Below are positions 12,357-22,635 of a stretch of DNA of 35,625 nucleotides, piece by piece (position 1 is the first letter of the stretch; each line of letters opens with the position of its first letter). The notes beneath the pieces were generated by a model. That model saw only the letters and a program-made list of their open reading frames with translations. It did not search any database and had not been told where the DNA came from. The DNA comes from Octopus sinensis. Taxonomy: Eukaryota. The stretch is from NCBI RefSeq assembly GCF_006345805.1, contig NW_021829620.1:1-35625 (forward strand). The letters are read 5' to 3'. The position numbers and the translations under genes were made by a program.

Positions 12357-12534
12357 ACTAACTAACTATATAGACGGGTATATGTTATATATATTTATAG
12401 TTTATATATACATATAGATATATACATATGTACATATATATACATATATATACATACATATATTACATATACATAAACATATATATATACAATATATATT
12501 ATATATACTATAATATATATTATATATATATATA

Positions 12535-12574
<40 letters not shown>

Positions 12575-12575
12575 G
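12288..12575. repeat. (TATC)n followed by TA/TACA-rich microsatellite
   Basis: Directly visible. Confidence 0.95.
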
Positions 12576-13042
12576 TGTGTTGTTAAATATTAGCTGCAAA
12601 ACCGCTATCTAAGATAGTGTTTTTGTAGCTAAGAGTCGTTTCAACTCTTATTTCTAGCAATGCTGCTACTACTTTGTACCTTCTATCACTTTAATGAAGT
12701 CTATAAATTTGCGTTTAGGTTTCTAAATTCCTAATAAGCCATCGATATTATATATACGTATGTATTATATATATATATATATTATATATACATTTATATG
12801 TATGTATATACATATGTCTGTTTGTATTATGGTATAAGTTGGAGGGAAAACAGTCAAGGAGACATTATATAACTGGAAGAATTGTAAAAGCGTCACAGAG
12901 TCATTGACTTTATTCAAGCGATATTCAGATATTTATATTGTCGCACAAAACAATGCATGTGGTTGCGATCATTCTACAATATCCTATCAAATAAACATGC
13001 ACTTATATGTATACATATTTACGTGTGTGGATATATATATGT

Positions 13043-13138
<96 letters not shown>

Positions 13139-13242
13139 TATTGATAGAAATGGTAAGACAACAAAAGAATGAAAGAGACCTAGATATTATTTTGTGGAAT
13201 TTACGTCTAAATATAATATGTGACAATTATTCGGTAACCGTG

Positions 13243-13301
13243 ATAAAACTCCGAGTTTCGGATGTCGGGGCGGAAACCCACGCCGCCATCTCTTCAGTTA
13301 T
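13243..13301 (-). ncRNA. Type I hammerhead ribozyme, complete core with one-nt stem II bulge
   Basis: Minus: ATAA-CTGAAGA-GATG-GCGG..CCGC..CATC-C-GAAA-CTCGGAG-TT|TTAT. Stem III ACTC-G-GAGT is near-palindromic; GUU site. Lies in a unique segment at about 13140-13400 next to (TA)n. Confidence 0.6.
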
Positions 13302-13536
13302 TCGCCCATCCCCAAAAATACTATGAAAATGACCGTTAAACAAAGGAAAATTACTGTGTGATTGACCGTTATTAAGACATTTGTCTTGATAACTTTTGTT
13401 TTAGCTATTAAAATGAGAGCTAAGTGAGGGGAGTGAGTAACATATATATACACATGCACGCCTGCACACCCACGTAGATACGCCTATAAGTATATACTCA
13501 TCCACCCTCACTTGAAACACACACATGCTCACAAAC

Positions 13537-13770
13537 ACATGCGCACAAAAATGGTTCATACACACGTCCATATACGCACATACACAAGAAAAAACTGGGC
13601 TAAAGGCAAAATACGTATAAAAAATAAGCAATAAGTGTAAAATACGTCTATATATGCACACACATACACGCGCATAAAAAGTTTCATACACACGTCTATA
13701 TACGCACATGCACAAGGAAAAACAGGTCTAAAGGCAAAAACAGGAAAAGTGTAAAAAAAAGTGTCTATAT
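13537..13770. repeat. Two degenerate tandem units of about 125 bp
   Basis: ttcatacacacgtc.atatacgcacat.cacaag.aaaaac.gg.ctaaaggcaaaa occurs at about 13557 and 13683. Confidence 0.7.
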
Positions 13771-14173
13771 GAGTGGCTGTGTGGTAAGTAGCTTGCTAAC
13801 CATCCACATGGTTCCGGGTTCAGTCCCACTGCGTGGCATCTTGGGCAAGTGTCTTCTACTATAGCCTCGGGCCGACCAATGCCTTGTGAGTGGATTTGGT
13901 AGACGGAAAGTGAAAGAAGCCTGTCGTATATATGTATATATATATATTTATGTGTGTGTGTTTGTGTGTCTGTGTTTGTCCCCCTAGCATTGCTTGACAA
14001 CCGATGCTGGTGTTTACGTCCCCGTCACTTAGCGGTTCGGCAAAAGAGACCGATAGAATAAGTACTGGGCTTAGAAAGAATAAGACCCGGGGTCGATTTG
14101 CTCGACTAAAGGCGGTGCTCCAGCATGGCCGCAGTGAAATGACTGAAACAAGTAAAAGAGTAAAAGAGTAAGA

Positions 14174-14175
<2 letters not shown>
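13771..14175 (+). mobile_element. SINE family D, full length
   Basis: GAGTGGCTGTGTGGTAAG head to the GAGTAAAA-repeat tail. Confidence 0.9.
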
Positions 14176-14203
<28 letters not shown>

Positions 14204-14208
<5 letters not shown>

Positions 14209-14598
14209 TTTACTCTTTTACTTGTTTCAGTCATTTGACTGCTGCCATGCTGGAGCACCGCCTTTAGTCGAGCAAATTGACCCCGGGACTTATTCTTTGT
14301 AAGCCCAGTATTTATTCTATCGGTCACTTTTGCCGAACCGCTAAGTGACGGGGACATAAACACACCACCATCAGTTGTCAAGCAATGCTAGGGGGACAAA
14401 TACAGACACACAAACATACATGTATATATACATATATACGACGGGCTTCTTTCAGTTTCCGTCTACCAAATCCACTTACAGGGCTTTGGTCGGCCCGAGG
14501 CTATAGTAGAAGACACTTGCCCAAGGTGCCACGCAGTGGGACTGAACCCGGAACCATGTGGTTGGTAAACAAGCTACTTACCACACAGCCACTCCTGC
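14204..14598 (-). mobile_element. SINE family D, full length, tail-to-tail with the previous copy
   Basis: Reverse complement of 13771-14170 with scattered substitutions. Confidence 0.9.
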
Positions 14599-15014
14599 GC
14601 CTTTCAGTTACTTACAATCACACCATATTATTATACTATATTCTTTATATAAGCGTATACATACATACATACATACATACATACATACATACATACATAC
14701 ATACAAACATACATACGTACATACATGCATATATATGTATGTGTGTATATAAATCCTTTTTTGTTTATGTATCTGTATGCAATATTTTAATACTATTACA
14801 TCTACTTATATTAGGACGCAGTTTTCAGAGTTGTTAGAATTGTTTTTTCTTGCATACTTCTATTTATTTCTATATATTATCATTTATCCTGTTATCCTGC
14901 TTCTGATTCCTTACTTTGAATCAATAGATATTATGTATATTTTTCTAGATTAATTCTATATGTAAGTGGTTTGTGTGGTTTTTATAGTGACCACCTAATA
15001 ATTAGTTAGGTAGG

Positions 15015-15505
15015 TATTATATTACGCCTTAAAGCCTTGAAACTTTACTCTCTCCAGCGTCGCCGTGAGCGGTACATCATTTGCACGATGTGGAGAATAT
15101 ACCGCCAACTTTGCCCAAACGACCTGAACATTAGCTTCAAGGTTCATCTAAGACTGGGACCGCGGGCCATACGTCCCCTGCCCAATTCAAATCACAGCAT
15201 ACATGTACACTGCAACATAATTCTTTTCCTCAACAGGCCCTGCCCTATTTAACATTGTCCCCGGGAGATCAAAGAGGAAAAGGATCCCATCAACTTAAAC
15301 GGAGTCTGGATAGATTCCTTCAAAGAATACCAGATAAGCCACCCATAATTGGATACAACTCACCCACAAGAACTCACTACTTGAATGGACCATAAACAAA
15401 ACTTGACTTAAACAGGATTCGAATAATCCTATCAGGTAGTGCTATTAAGTTAGACATGGCCTGGACCAATATTTGGTCGAAACATATCTAAGTTCTATCT
15501 AAGTT
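15015..15505 (+). pseudogene. 5'-truncated LINE 3' end (CR1/L2-like RT C-terminal tail and 3' UTR)
   Basis: LKALKLYSLQRRRERYII..W, then across frameshifts GPALFNIVP..IK and KRSLDRFLQRIPDKPP..GY...NSLLEW. Ends in a short tatctaag repeat. Confidence 0.75.
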
Positions 15506-15649
15506 TATGTTACGTATTAAGTTGATTCTACATAATACTAATCTTATTTTTTCATATTTAAATTGATTTACATATTCCTCTTAGCCAACCTAGTTATGAT
15601 ATCCCTTTCTAGATATTTTAAAACTTTCATTTTTATACAACATGATAAT

Positions 15650-15795
15650 ATTTATTTATAAACGTTCTCTAACTAAGCCCCTAATGTTTTTCCTGGATAT
15701 CATTGTAGCATCCTAAGTTTTATAGTATATTCCGCTTTAACGTCATGAATTAATGTCACTCCTACACTACTACCCCTTTTATAGACACTTACTAT
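15650..15795 (+). repeat. Inverted copy of 16405-16555
   Basis: ataaacgttctct..aagcccctaatgtttt..attgtagca.cctaagttt..aacgtcatgaattaatgtcac..tttatagacactta is the reverse complement of 16405-16555. Confidence 0.75.
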
Positions 15796-15965
15796 TATCT
15801 AACTGATTCTTTCTAACGTTTTGCTTCTTCTTTTGTGGGTTGAGTGGTACTTGTAAAAGTATGAAATTTAAGACCAGCTATGAGCTGTCAACACACTTTG
15901 CTCTTTATTCTAAATAAACGCAGTCTTCTAGTCCTAGATTTTTTGTTGCTGATATGGAGATGGAT

Positions 15966-16131
15966 GAATATGTGTGTATGTGTGTTTGTCCCCCTAACAT
16001 CGTTTGTCAACCGGTGCTGGTGTGTTTACGTCACTGTAAACTTAGCGGTTCGGTGAGAGAGGACGATGGAATAAGTAATAGGCTTACAAAAAATAAGGCC
16101 TTGGGTCGATTTGCTCGACTAAAGGCGGTGC
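15966..16131 (+). mobile_element. SINE family D 3' fragment
   Basis: tgtttgtccccct...cttagcggttcgg...gtcgatttgctcgactaaaggcggtgc. Confidence 0.75.
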
Positions 16132-16298
16132 ATATTTATATATAAGTGGTACAAGAAGACACCAATATTTACTGGAAAATAGCAATCGATACAAACACGA
16201 TGCTATTGTATAGCTTCACTGCGTATTTACTGGCAAAGACGTGTGTGTGTCTTACCTCTAGGAAGAACATTCGATAAATAGACAACCTAGAATCGGAT

Positions 16299-16371
16299 AA
16301 TGCAGGACCGGTTTCTAACTCTTCAAATACAATTGACAACGTAAATTTGACCAGTCTTCATCAGCTGCATT
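16299..16371 (-). ncRNA. Type I hammerhead ribozyme, complete core, A.A mismatch at 10.1-11.1
   Basis: Minus: AATGCAG-CTGATGA-AGACT.TCAAAT...ATTTGA.AGTTA-GAAA-CCG-GTC|CTGCATT. Perfect 7-bp stem I and palindromic ACCGGU stem III. Confidence 0.72.
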
Positions 16372-16573
16372 TACCTAGACAATATTTCAAATGTTGTCAT
16401 ATCAATGTGGCAATAAGTGTCTATAAAAAGTGGGTAGGGTAGATGTGACATTAATTCATGACGTTACAGGGGAATAGACTATGAAACTTAGGGTGCTACA
16501 ATGAGATTCAGGGAAAACATTAGGGGCTCAGTGAGAGAACGTTTATAAATATAAATATAAATATAAATATAAA

Positions 16574-16890
16574 GGCGGCGAGCTGGCAGAAACGTTAGCA
16601 CACCGGGCGAAATGCTTAGCGGTATTTCGTCTGTCGTTGCGTTCTGAGTTCAAATTCCGCCGAGGTCGACTTTTATCGGAGGCGCAATGGCCTAGTGGTT
16701 AGGGCAGCGGACTTGCGGTCGGAGGATCGCGGTTTCGATTCCCAGACCGGGCGTTGTGTGTGTTTATTGAGCGAAAACACCTAAAAGCTCCACGAGGCTC
16801 GGCAGGAGGGGGTGATGATCCCGCTGTACTCTTCACCACTCAAAAGGCGGTGCTCCAGCATGGCCGCAGTCAAATGACTGAAACAAGTAC
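16574..16890 (+). mobile_element. Tripartite SINE chimera: family C head (16574-16677), family B head (16678-16839), family D 3' end (16842-16890)
   Basis: Each block matches intact copies elsewhere in the window. All are in the same orientation and are followed by an A-run and (TAGA)n. Confidence 0.8.
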
Positions 16891-16918
16891 CCAAAAAAAA
16901 AAATATATATATAGATAT

Positions 16919-16961
<43 letters not shown>

Positions 16962-17506
16962 CCCACGCACACGCACACACACAGAATATGAGGTAGAATG
17001 TATGATTTCATGAAAATCTGCATATAAGAGTGGTATGGGAAGTGTGTTGGGCCAAGTAATTTATCGTGTATTCTGTAGCAGCCGTACCTATTTGTATTTC
17101 CAGTGAGTCGAAATCTTTTGAGTTGGCGGATTAGATTACGTATGTTTGAAAATCATTAGAATTTAATCAGCGAGATATTGGAAGGTACCACTGATAAGGC
17201 GCTACAAATCTATACAAATCGAACATGTAGCTTTGAAAATTGATGAGATCTTGGATTAATTAATATCGATATATATTAATCGAAATATTAGAATGATATT
17301 TTATGTAAAACGTTTCGCAATGGCTTTCAATACATACGGAGTATTAGAACACGATGTAATCTATGTTTCGTGTATTGAAAGCATTAGGAAAATCGATTGA
17401 AGTGACTGGTAGCATGATTCATGTTTCAAATCGCCAGAACGTCGAGCAAAATTATAAGGTCCGGTCAAACTTTACTCGATAGAAAGAATAGCTTCATAAC
17501 GCATAA

Positions 17507-17920
17507 GGCGGTGTGCTGGCAGAATTGTTAGCACGCCGGGCGAAATTCTTAGCAGTATTTCCTCTGCCGCAACGTTCTGAGTTCAAATTCCGCCGAGGCC
17601 GACTTTGCCTTTCATCTTTTCGAGGTCGATTAAATAAGTACCAATTACGCATGGGGTTCGATATAATCGACTTAATCCGTTTGCCTGTCCTTGTTTGTCC
17701 CCTCTGTGCTTAGCCCCTTGTGGGTAGTAAAGAAATAGGTATTTCGTTTGCCGTTACGTTCTGAGTTCAAATTCCGCCGAGGCCGACTTTGCCTTTCATC
17801 CTTTCGAGGTCGATTAAATAAGTACCAATTACGCATGGGGGTCGATATAATCGACTTAATCCGTTTGCCTGTCCTTGTTTGTCCCCTCTGTGCTTAGCCT
17901 CTTGTGAGCAATAAAGAAAC
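17507..17920 (+). mobile_element. SINE family C with internal 184-bp tandem duplication and 25-bp target duplication
   Basis: GGCGGTGTGCTGGCAGAATTGTTAGC head. The body repeats from 17555 and 17739. Flanks 17481-17505 and 17922-17946 match at 21/25. Confidence 0.85.
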
Positions 17921-18259
17921 AAGAAAGAATAGCTTCGTAATGTGTATGTTGTTCTGTTTAATATATTTCGTGTTCTATGTTGCTGCAAGTCGTCGTGCGC
18001 ACTTCATCGGTCCACTTACTATTGATTCAATGTCACATCCGGACTTCAACAGTTTCAAGGAGCGATAAAAGGAAATCAATAACTCCACAAACCCCCAGCT
18101 AGTACCTCATTTACAAGTGACTAAACTAAAGCAAGGTAAAATTATGTTCTGTGATTCAAAGACATAAAACACCTTTCTCTGTAGGACCTGAATATACAAA
18201 CGTATTATCATGATAAGAAAACACCAAATTTCGACAAGCATCTGACTTTGCGGCTAGGC

Positions 18260-18555
18260 TATTCGGCCCGCGATTTTAATGTCCTGACTTCGATTTCCGG
18301 TGGTGCATTCTGTCCTTGAACAAGACACTTTATTTCTCGTAAATGCAGTCCATGCAACTGGCAAATGTGAGTTGGTCTTCTAATTCAAGAGGTCAGCCTT
18401 GTCACCCATTGTGTCATGCTGAATCTCCCTGACAACTACGTTAAGGGTGCTCGTGTCTGTGGTATGCACAGCCACTTGCACGTTGATTTCATGAATAGAC
18501 TGTTTAGCTGATGGTATCAACTGGAACACTCATCGTTGTAACCGACGAAGATCCA
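18260..18555 (+). mobile_element. Divergent SINE: CORE-type head with family-B-type tail
   Basis: tgtccttgaacaagacactttatttc followed by cagccttgtcac..tacgttaagggtg..cagccacttgcacgtt..atcaactggaac, as in 4340-4490. Confidence 0.65.
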
Positions 18556-18661
18556 AGCCAGAGCCCTAACTACTCGATTAGGCGTTGGAGGATCAAACAA
18601 GATGCATTGAAGTATTTGCTTCGGTCATGCATTCGAGGTCGTCTGAGTCAATGATCTAGAC

Positions 18662-18745
18662 CAATGGTTCCCAACTTTTTCACAGTTGTTCCCAACAGTT
18701 GTTTCCAACCATTTTATTCAAATGAGTTTTCCCACGGACCCTTTT
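18662..18745 (+). mobile_element. hAT (Charlie-like) left end
   Basis: TCTAGA target followed by CAATGGTTCCCAACTTTTT..cacggaccc. Confidence 0.5.
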
Positions 18746-18832
18746 TGATATGCTTATCTTCCATACACACGCTATCACACGCACACCCTCTCTCACACAC
18801 ACACGCACATACACATACACACACACAAACAT

Positions 18833-19441
18833 AGGCAAATCGTTGCTAAACCCTTAATTACTTAGTATTACTTAAACCTTCTCGAATGGGGCTTTTACAT
18901 GCCGAAATCTACTTGGTGAAATTGATGATTATTCCAAATTAATTAATTTCACCCATATTATTATTGATAACCATATTTCATCCCAGTAAATAACCACAAA
19001 CATCTTATCCTGGCAGCACGCTGGTGGGAGGAGGTTGGTGACACAAACTTTCATTCACACTTTGAATTTGGTGATACTGGTAACGGCTTAAGCTCGCTCT
19101 GATACCATGATTGAGGTAATGCCTCTAGTACCTCCAAATTTAATACACAATTATTCATAATTGTAGATCCTACGCTGAAGAGAAAAATAGTTGGGTAAGA
19201 CATAATTATCTAATTTTTATGCTTTCCTAGACTTAATTTCGAAACGTACGTCCGTAGGTGACTTAATATAGAATGATTGTCGTCATTTCTTTCTCTTTTA
19301 CCTGCGTTTGCCTTTTAAGTGCTGTGGTTTTACTGAGATCTCCCTTTTAAGTAGAAAGAATAGCCAAAACTCTTTGACTGCTATTTCTAAACTCGGTGTG
19401 TGGTGAGGCAAATCGTTGCTAAACCCTTAATTACTTAGTAT
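18833..19441 (+). mobile_element. 609-bp ORF-less hammerhead-bearing unit with 36-bp terminal direct repeats (candidate retrozyme or solo PLE pLTR)
   Basis: Identical AGGCAAATCGTTGCTAAACCCTTAATTACTTAGTAT at 18833-18868 and 19406-19441. Intact HHR inside. Flanked by (CA)n on the left and (TA)n on the right. Confidence 0.65.
19147..19280 (+). ncRNA. Intact extended type I hammerhead ribozyme
   Basis: CCTACG(19169-74)-CTGAAGA-GAAA..TTTC-GAAA(19241-44)-CGTAC-GTC|CGTAGG(19253-58). ACGTACGT palindromic stem III; distal stem I ACAATTATTC/GAATGATTGT (10 bp, one GU); predicted cut after C19252. Confidence 0.85.
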
Positions 19442-19564
19442 ATATATACATATATATATATGCGATTTTGAATTTAGTTCAGGCCCTCCCACTTGCAGAC
19501 TAATCCTCCGTACTGAATGTTTGGCTATGAGCTTATAGAAAAACATAATGATTCCGGGTTTTCT

Positions 19565-19700
19565 GTTCCTTCTCTGTACGTTCCTAGTTCAAATCTCGTC
19601 GATGTCAACTTTGCCTTTCTTTTTTTCAGGATTCATAAAATAAAATACATCACGTCGATGCAATCGACTAACAACCTTCTCTAAAATTTCTGTCCTTATA
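19565..19700 (+). mobile_element. Old SINE family C remnant
   Basis: tacgttcctagttcaaatctcgtcgatgtcaactttgcctttc...gtcgatgcaatcgact. Confidence 0.55.
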
Positions 19701-21324
19701 CCAAATCTCTGAATGAGTCATCATTATTTAGTCCTATTCTATTCTATTCTGTTTTGAAAGAAATACACACACTCGTCTGTCGCGACAGTTGGGAAGGAGT
19801 CCATTTTTATTCAGAGGTTACCTTGTTTAATCATTTAATTATTTACTTATATGCCTTTCAAAGTTCATACGCAAACCCAAGTTGATAAGATTATAAGCTC
19901 AATAGGGAGATTACATTCTCCCCTCCTATGGGAAATTAGATTCTACACTAGAAGAAAAAGAGAAAAAAAAAACAACTTATATATAACAACCGAAAGATTA
20001 AAAACCTCCATTGAATATTTAGCGCTTAATGTGTTGCCTTGGATTTCCAGAAAAGAACACTTTTTCTTCATTTAAATTAGAAGTTTCTCAGTACGTCCAA
20101 TTGTTATTTTATCTTAAGAAAATTTCCGTCTTGAAAACAATATTGGAAGTTGAACGTAGTCAAAATGTACCTTTTGAAGCCTATTTCGTTTCTCTTTATA
20201 TGTGCGTGTGCGTGCGTGTGAGTGTTTCTTCTTTTCATATTTGTTATTATTATTTTCCGTTAACTGATAATTGTAATTTTATTTTTTTGTTCATTGTTAT
20301 TATTCAAAGCCGGCAATATGAGATGAATGTTTTTATTCGCAATTCAATCTCATAATCATCAAAGGTCTTATGTTTATCAATAATGGTGTCTTTGAAATTT
20401 GGATTCTTTTGTCGCGGCAATGTAAAATTCTTAAATTGAACAAATTATATTATAAAACATTTTTCAGAAAGAGGAAAAAAAAAATTGCAACTAAATAAAA
20501 GAAAAAACCGGAAAAAGTTACAATGTGCTTGTTGCTCGTACTTCAGGTTTCAATTTTGGATTTTTGTTTTTCGATTATGATTTGAATAGTTACCAACTTC
20601 GACACTAAGACATGAAAAGTTTTTAAAGAATTATAAATATGCTGAAGAATTAAAGCTAATTACGCAAAGTATCATTGAAGAAAAATGACTTTTAGGTTCA
20701 TTCTTAAAGAAATCTGAAGCATAATGAGAAATCGTTTTTCTTTTTAATTTCTACTCTTGTGAGTAGAAAGTTTCGTTTTCACATTTCCAATGGTCAATTA
20801 TTTAACACAACCGCATCTTGATAAGTTATTCAAGTGGAATATAATAGCAGAAGCACAATACAGGAGATTGTGTAGCCACGGGAAATCTCTTATAAAGACG
20901 TTCTAGCCATGAAAATTCCTCTTGGTTTTATATAACTATTTACGTTACACGACGCAGTTCATAATCTTTCAACTAGAGAAATTAGGATGAGATTTGTGGT
21001 TGAGCTCTACGAATAAGTTTCACACCGTATATACGTTACCCGTGGCAAAGCGGTTGCCACTCATAGGTACATCCCATTGACAAGAGTCAATAAACTCGAA
21101 ACATCGACGTCTGGGATTCCTGATAGATGGCGACACTGAGCAAACCGCGGGCTTTCACACTTGTTACCTTAAAAGAGATATTTTCTGCGCGGTATCTGCA
21201 TTTTATTTGCCTTTAGCAGTTGGAATATGTCACAAATATATTTTACCATACCTAATTTTTTCTTATGTCTAAACATTGCTTACTGCTAGCATTTTGTTAT
21301 ATATAATATACATATATATATATA

Positions 21325-21377
<53 letters not shown>

Positions 21378-21470
21378 TAAATGAGGGTGAAAAATTAGAT
21401 ATTAATTTAATAATACCATTAGTTAACGCCAAGCGGCCTAGCACATAAAACCAGGGAGACAATACAAATT

Positions 21471-21660
21471 TATCCGTAAATATAAGAGAGTTACCGTTAA
21501 ATTGGTTAACTCTAGTGCTAGAAATAGCTCCTTATTCTGGTATAGCCGCCGACAATGCTTCCACAAAGAAATAGATATAGCATCGTCGGCGGCTATACCA
21601 TAATAAGGACCTATTTCTAGCACTAGAGTTAACCAATTTAACGGTAACTCTCTTATATTT

Positions 21661-21667
<7 letters not shown>
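21471..21667. repeat. Fold-back palindrome: 89-bp arms, 19-nt loop
   Basis: Arms 21471-21559 and 21579-21667 differ at 3 positions. The segment lies between (TA)n tracts. Confidence 0.92.
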
Positions 21668-21697
<30 letters not shown>

Positions 21698-21744
21698 TAT
21701 ATTATATATTATATATAATATATATATAGTATATACATTCTATA

Positions 21745-21796
<52 letters not shown>

Positions 21797-21840
21797 TACA
21801 TATAATATATATATATACCTATATATCTATATACATAACA

Positions 21841-21882
<42 letters not shown>

Positions 21883-21890
21883 CATATATC

Positions 21891-21922
<32 letters not shown>

Positions 21923-21954
21923 CTATATATATATATACATATATATATAATATA

Positions 21955-22000
<46 letters not shown>

Positions 22001-22080
22001 TACTATATATACATATATATATTACATATATATATATACATATATATATACATATATATATAATACATATATATATATAC

Positions 22081-22131
<51 letters not shown>

Positions 22132-22186
22132 TTTATATATATATATATCTATATCTATATATTTATCTATATCTATATATATATTT

Positions 22187-22228
<42 letters not shown>

Positions 22229-22248
22229 ATATATATATATATATATAT
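21665..22248. repeat. Long degenerate (TA)n microsatellite
   Basis: Directly visible. Confidence 0.95.
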
Positions 22249-22460
22249 AAATATTATTAGACACAACCACTATTTTGCAAAACAAACAAGGAAATACTTA
22301 ATACAATACAAAAATTGATGTATTGAGTAAGTATTTCCTTGTTTGTTGTGCAAAATAGTGGTTTTGGTCTCTAATAATATTTTATAATATTTTACTATAA
22401 AATGGATTTAGCCTAAATCTGATTTTTTCCCTGTAATTTGGATTTATTCCCTAATATTTA
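22249..22460. repeat. Fold-back element (hairpin 22249-22382 plus one-sided extension), same family as 32271-32495
   Basis: aaccactattttgcaaaacaaacaaggaaatactta...taagtatttccttgtttgttgtgcaaaatagtggtt. The extension is the reverse complement of 32271-32350. Confidence 0.85.
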
Positions 22461-22519
22461 TTATTATTATATATATATAATAAGATATATAACATACATA
22501 AATATAGATATGTGTGTGT

Positions 22520-22635
22520 GTGTGTGGCCCCTGAGAAAATACTGTGGACCCCAATTTACTATATTGCTTCCGTGGATCACCAAAGGTCATATATGAACAA
22601 CCATGGGTCATATGGATCCCCGCTGAGAAGCCCTG
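22520..22635 (+). mobile_element. hAT (Charlie-like) right end
   Basis: gtggacccc...gtggatcacc...GCTGAGAAGCCCTG|GTCTAGAA. Confidence 0.5.

Noticed and set aside
13537-13770. Tandem or microsatellite arrays as CRISPR-like
   Set aside because: Eukaryotic context, no repeat-spacer alternation and no cas genes.
18540-18600. CCGACGAAGATCC...GGATCAAAC hairpin resembling an HHR
   Set aside because: The 5' part is the SINE tail and G12 is missing.
20642-20690. CTGAAGA followed by an ATTA/TAAT stem
   Set aside because: GAAA does not follow the stem and there is no stem I.
21490-21540. Hammerhead within the 21.5 kb palindrome (GAAATAGGTC)
   Set aside because: No CUGANGA-like core upstream.
18662-22635. 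A single 4-kb hAT element carrying the retrozyme-like unit as cargo
   Set aside because: The putative 8-bp TSDs differ (ATCTAGAC versus GTCTAGAA) and TCTAGA is the generic Charlie target, so two independent ends are more likely.
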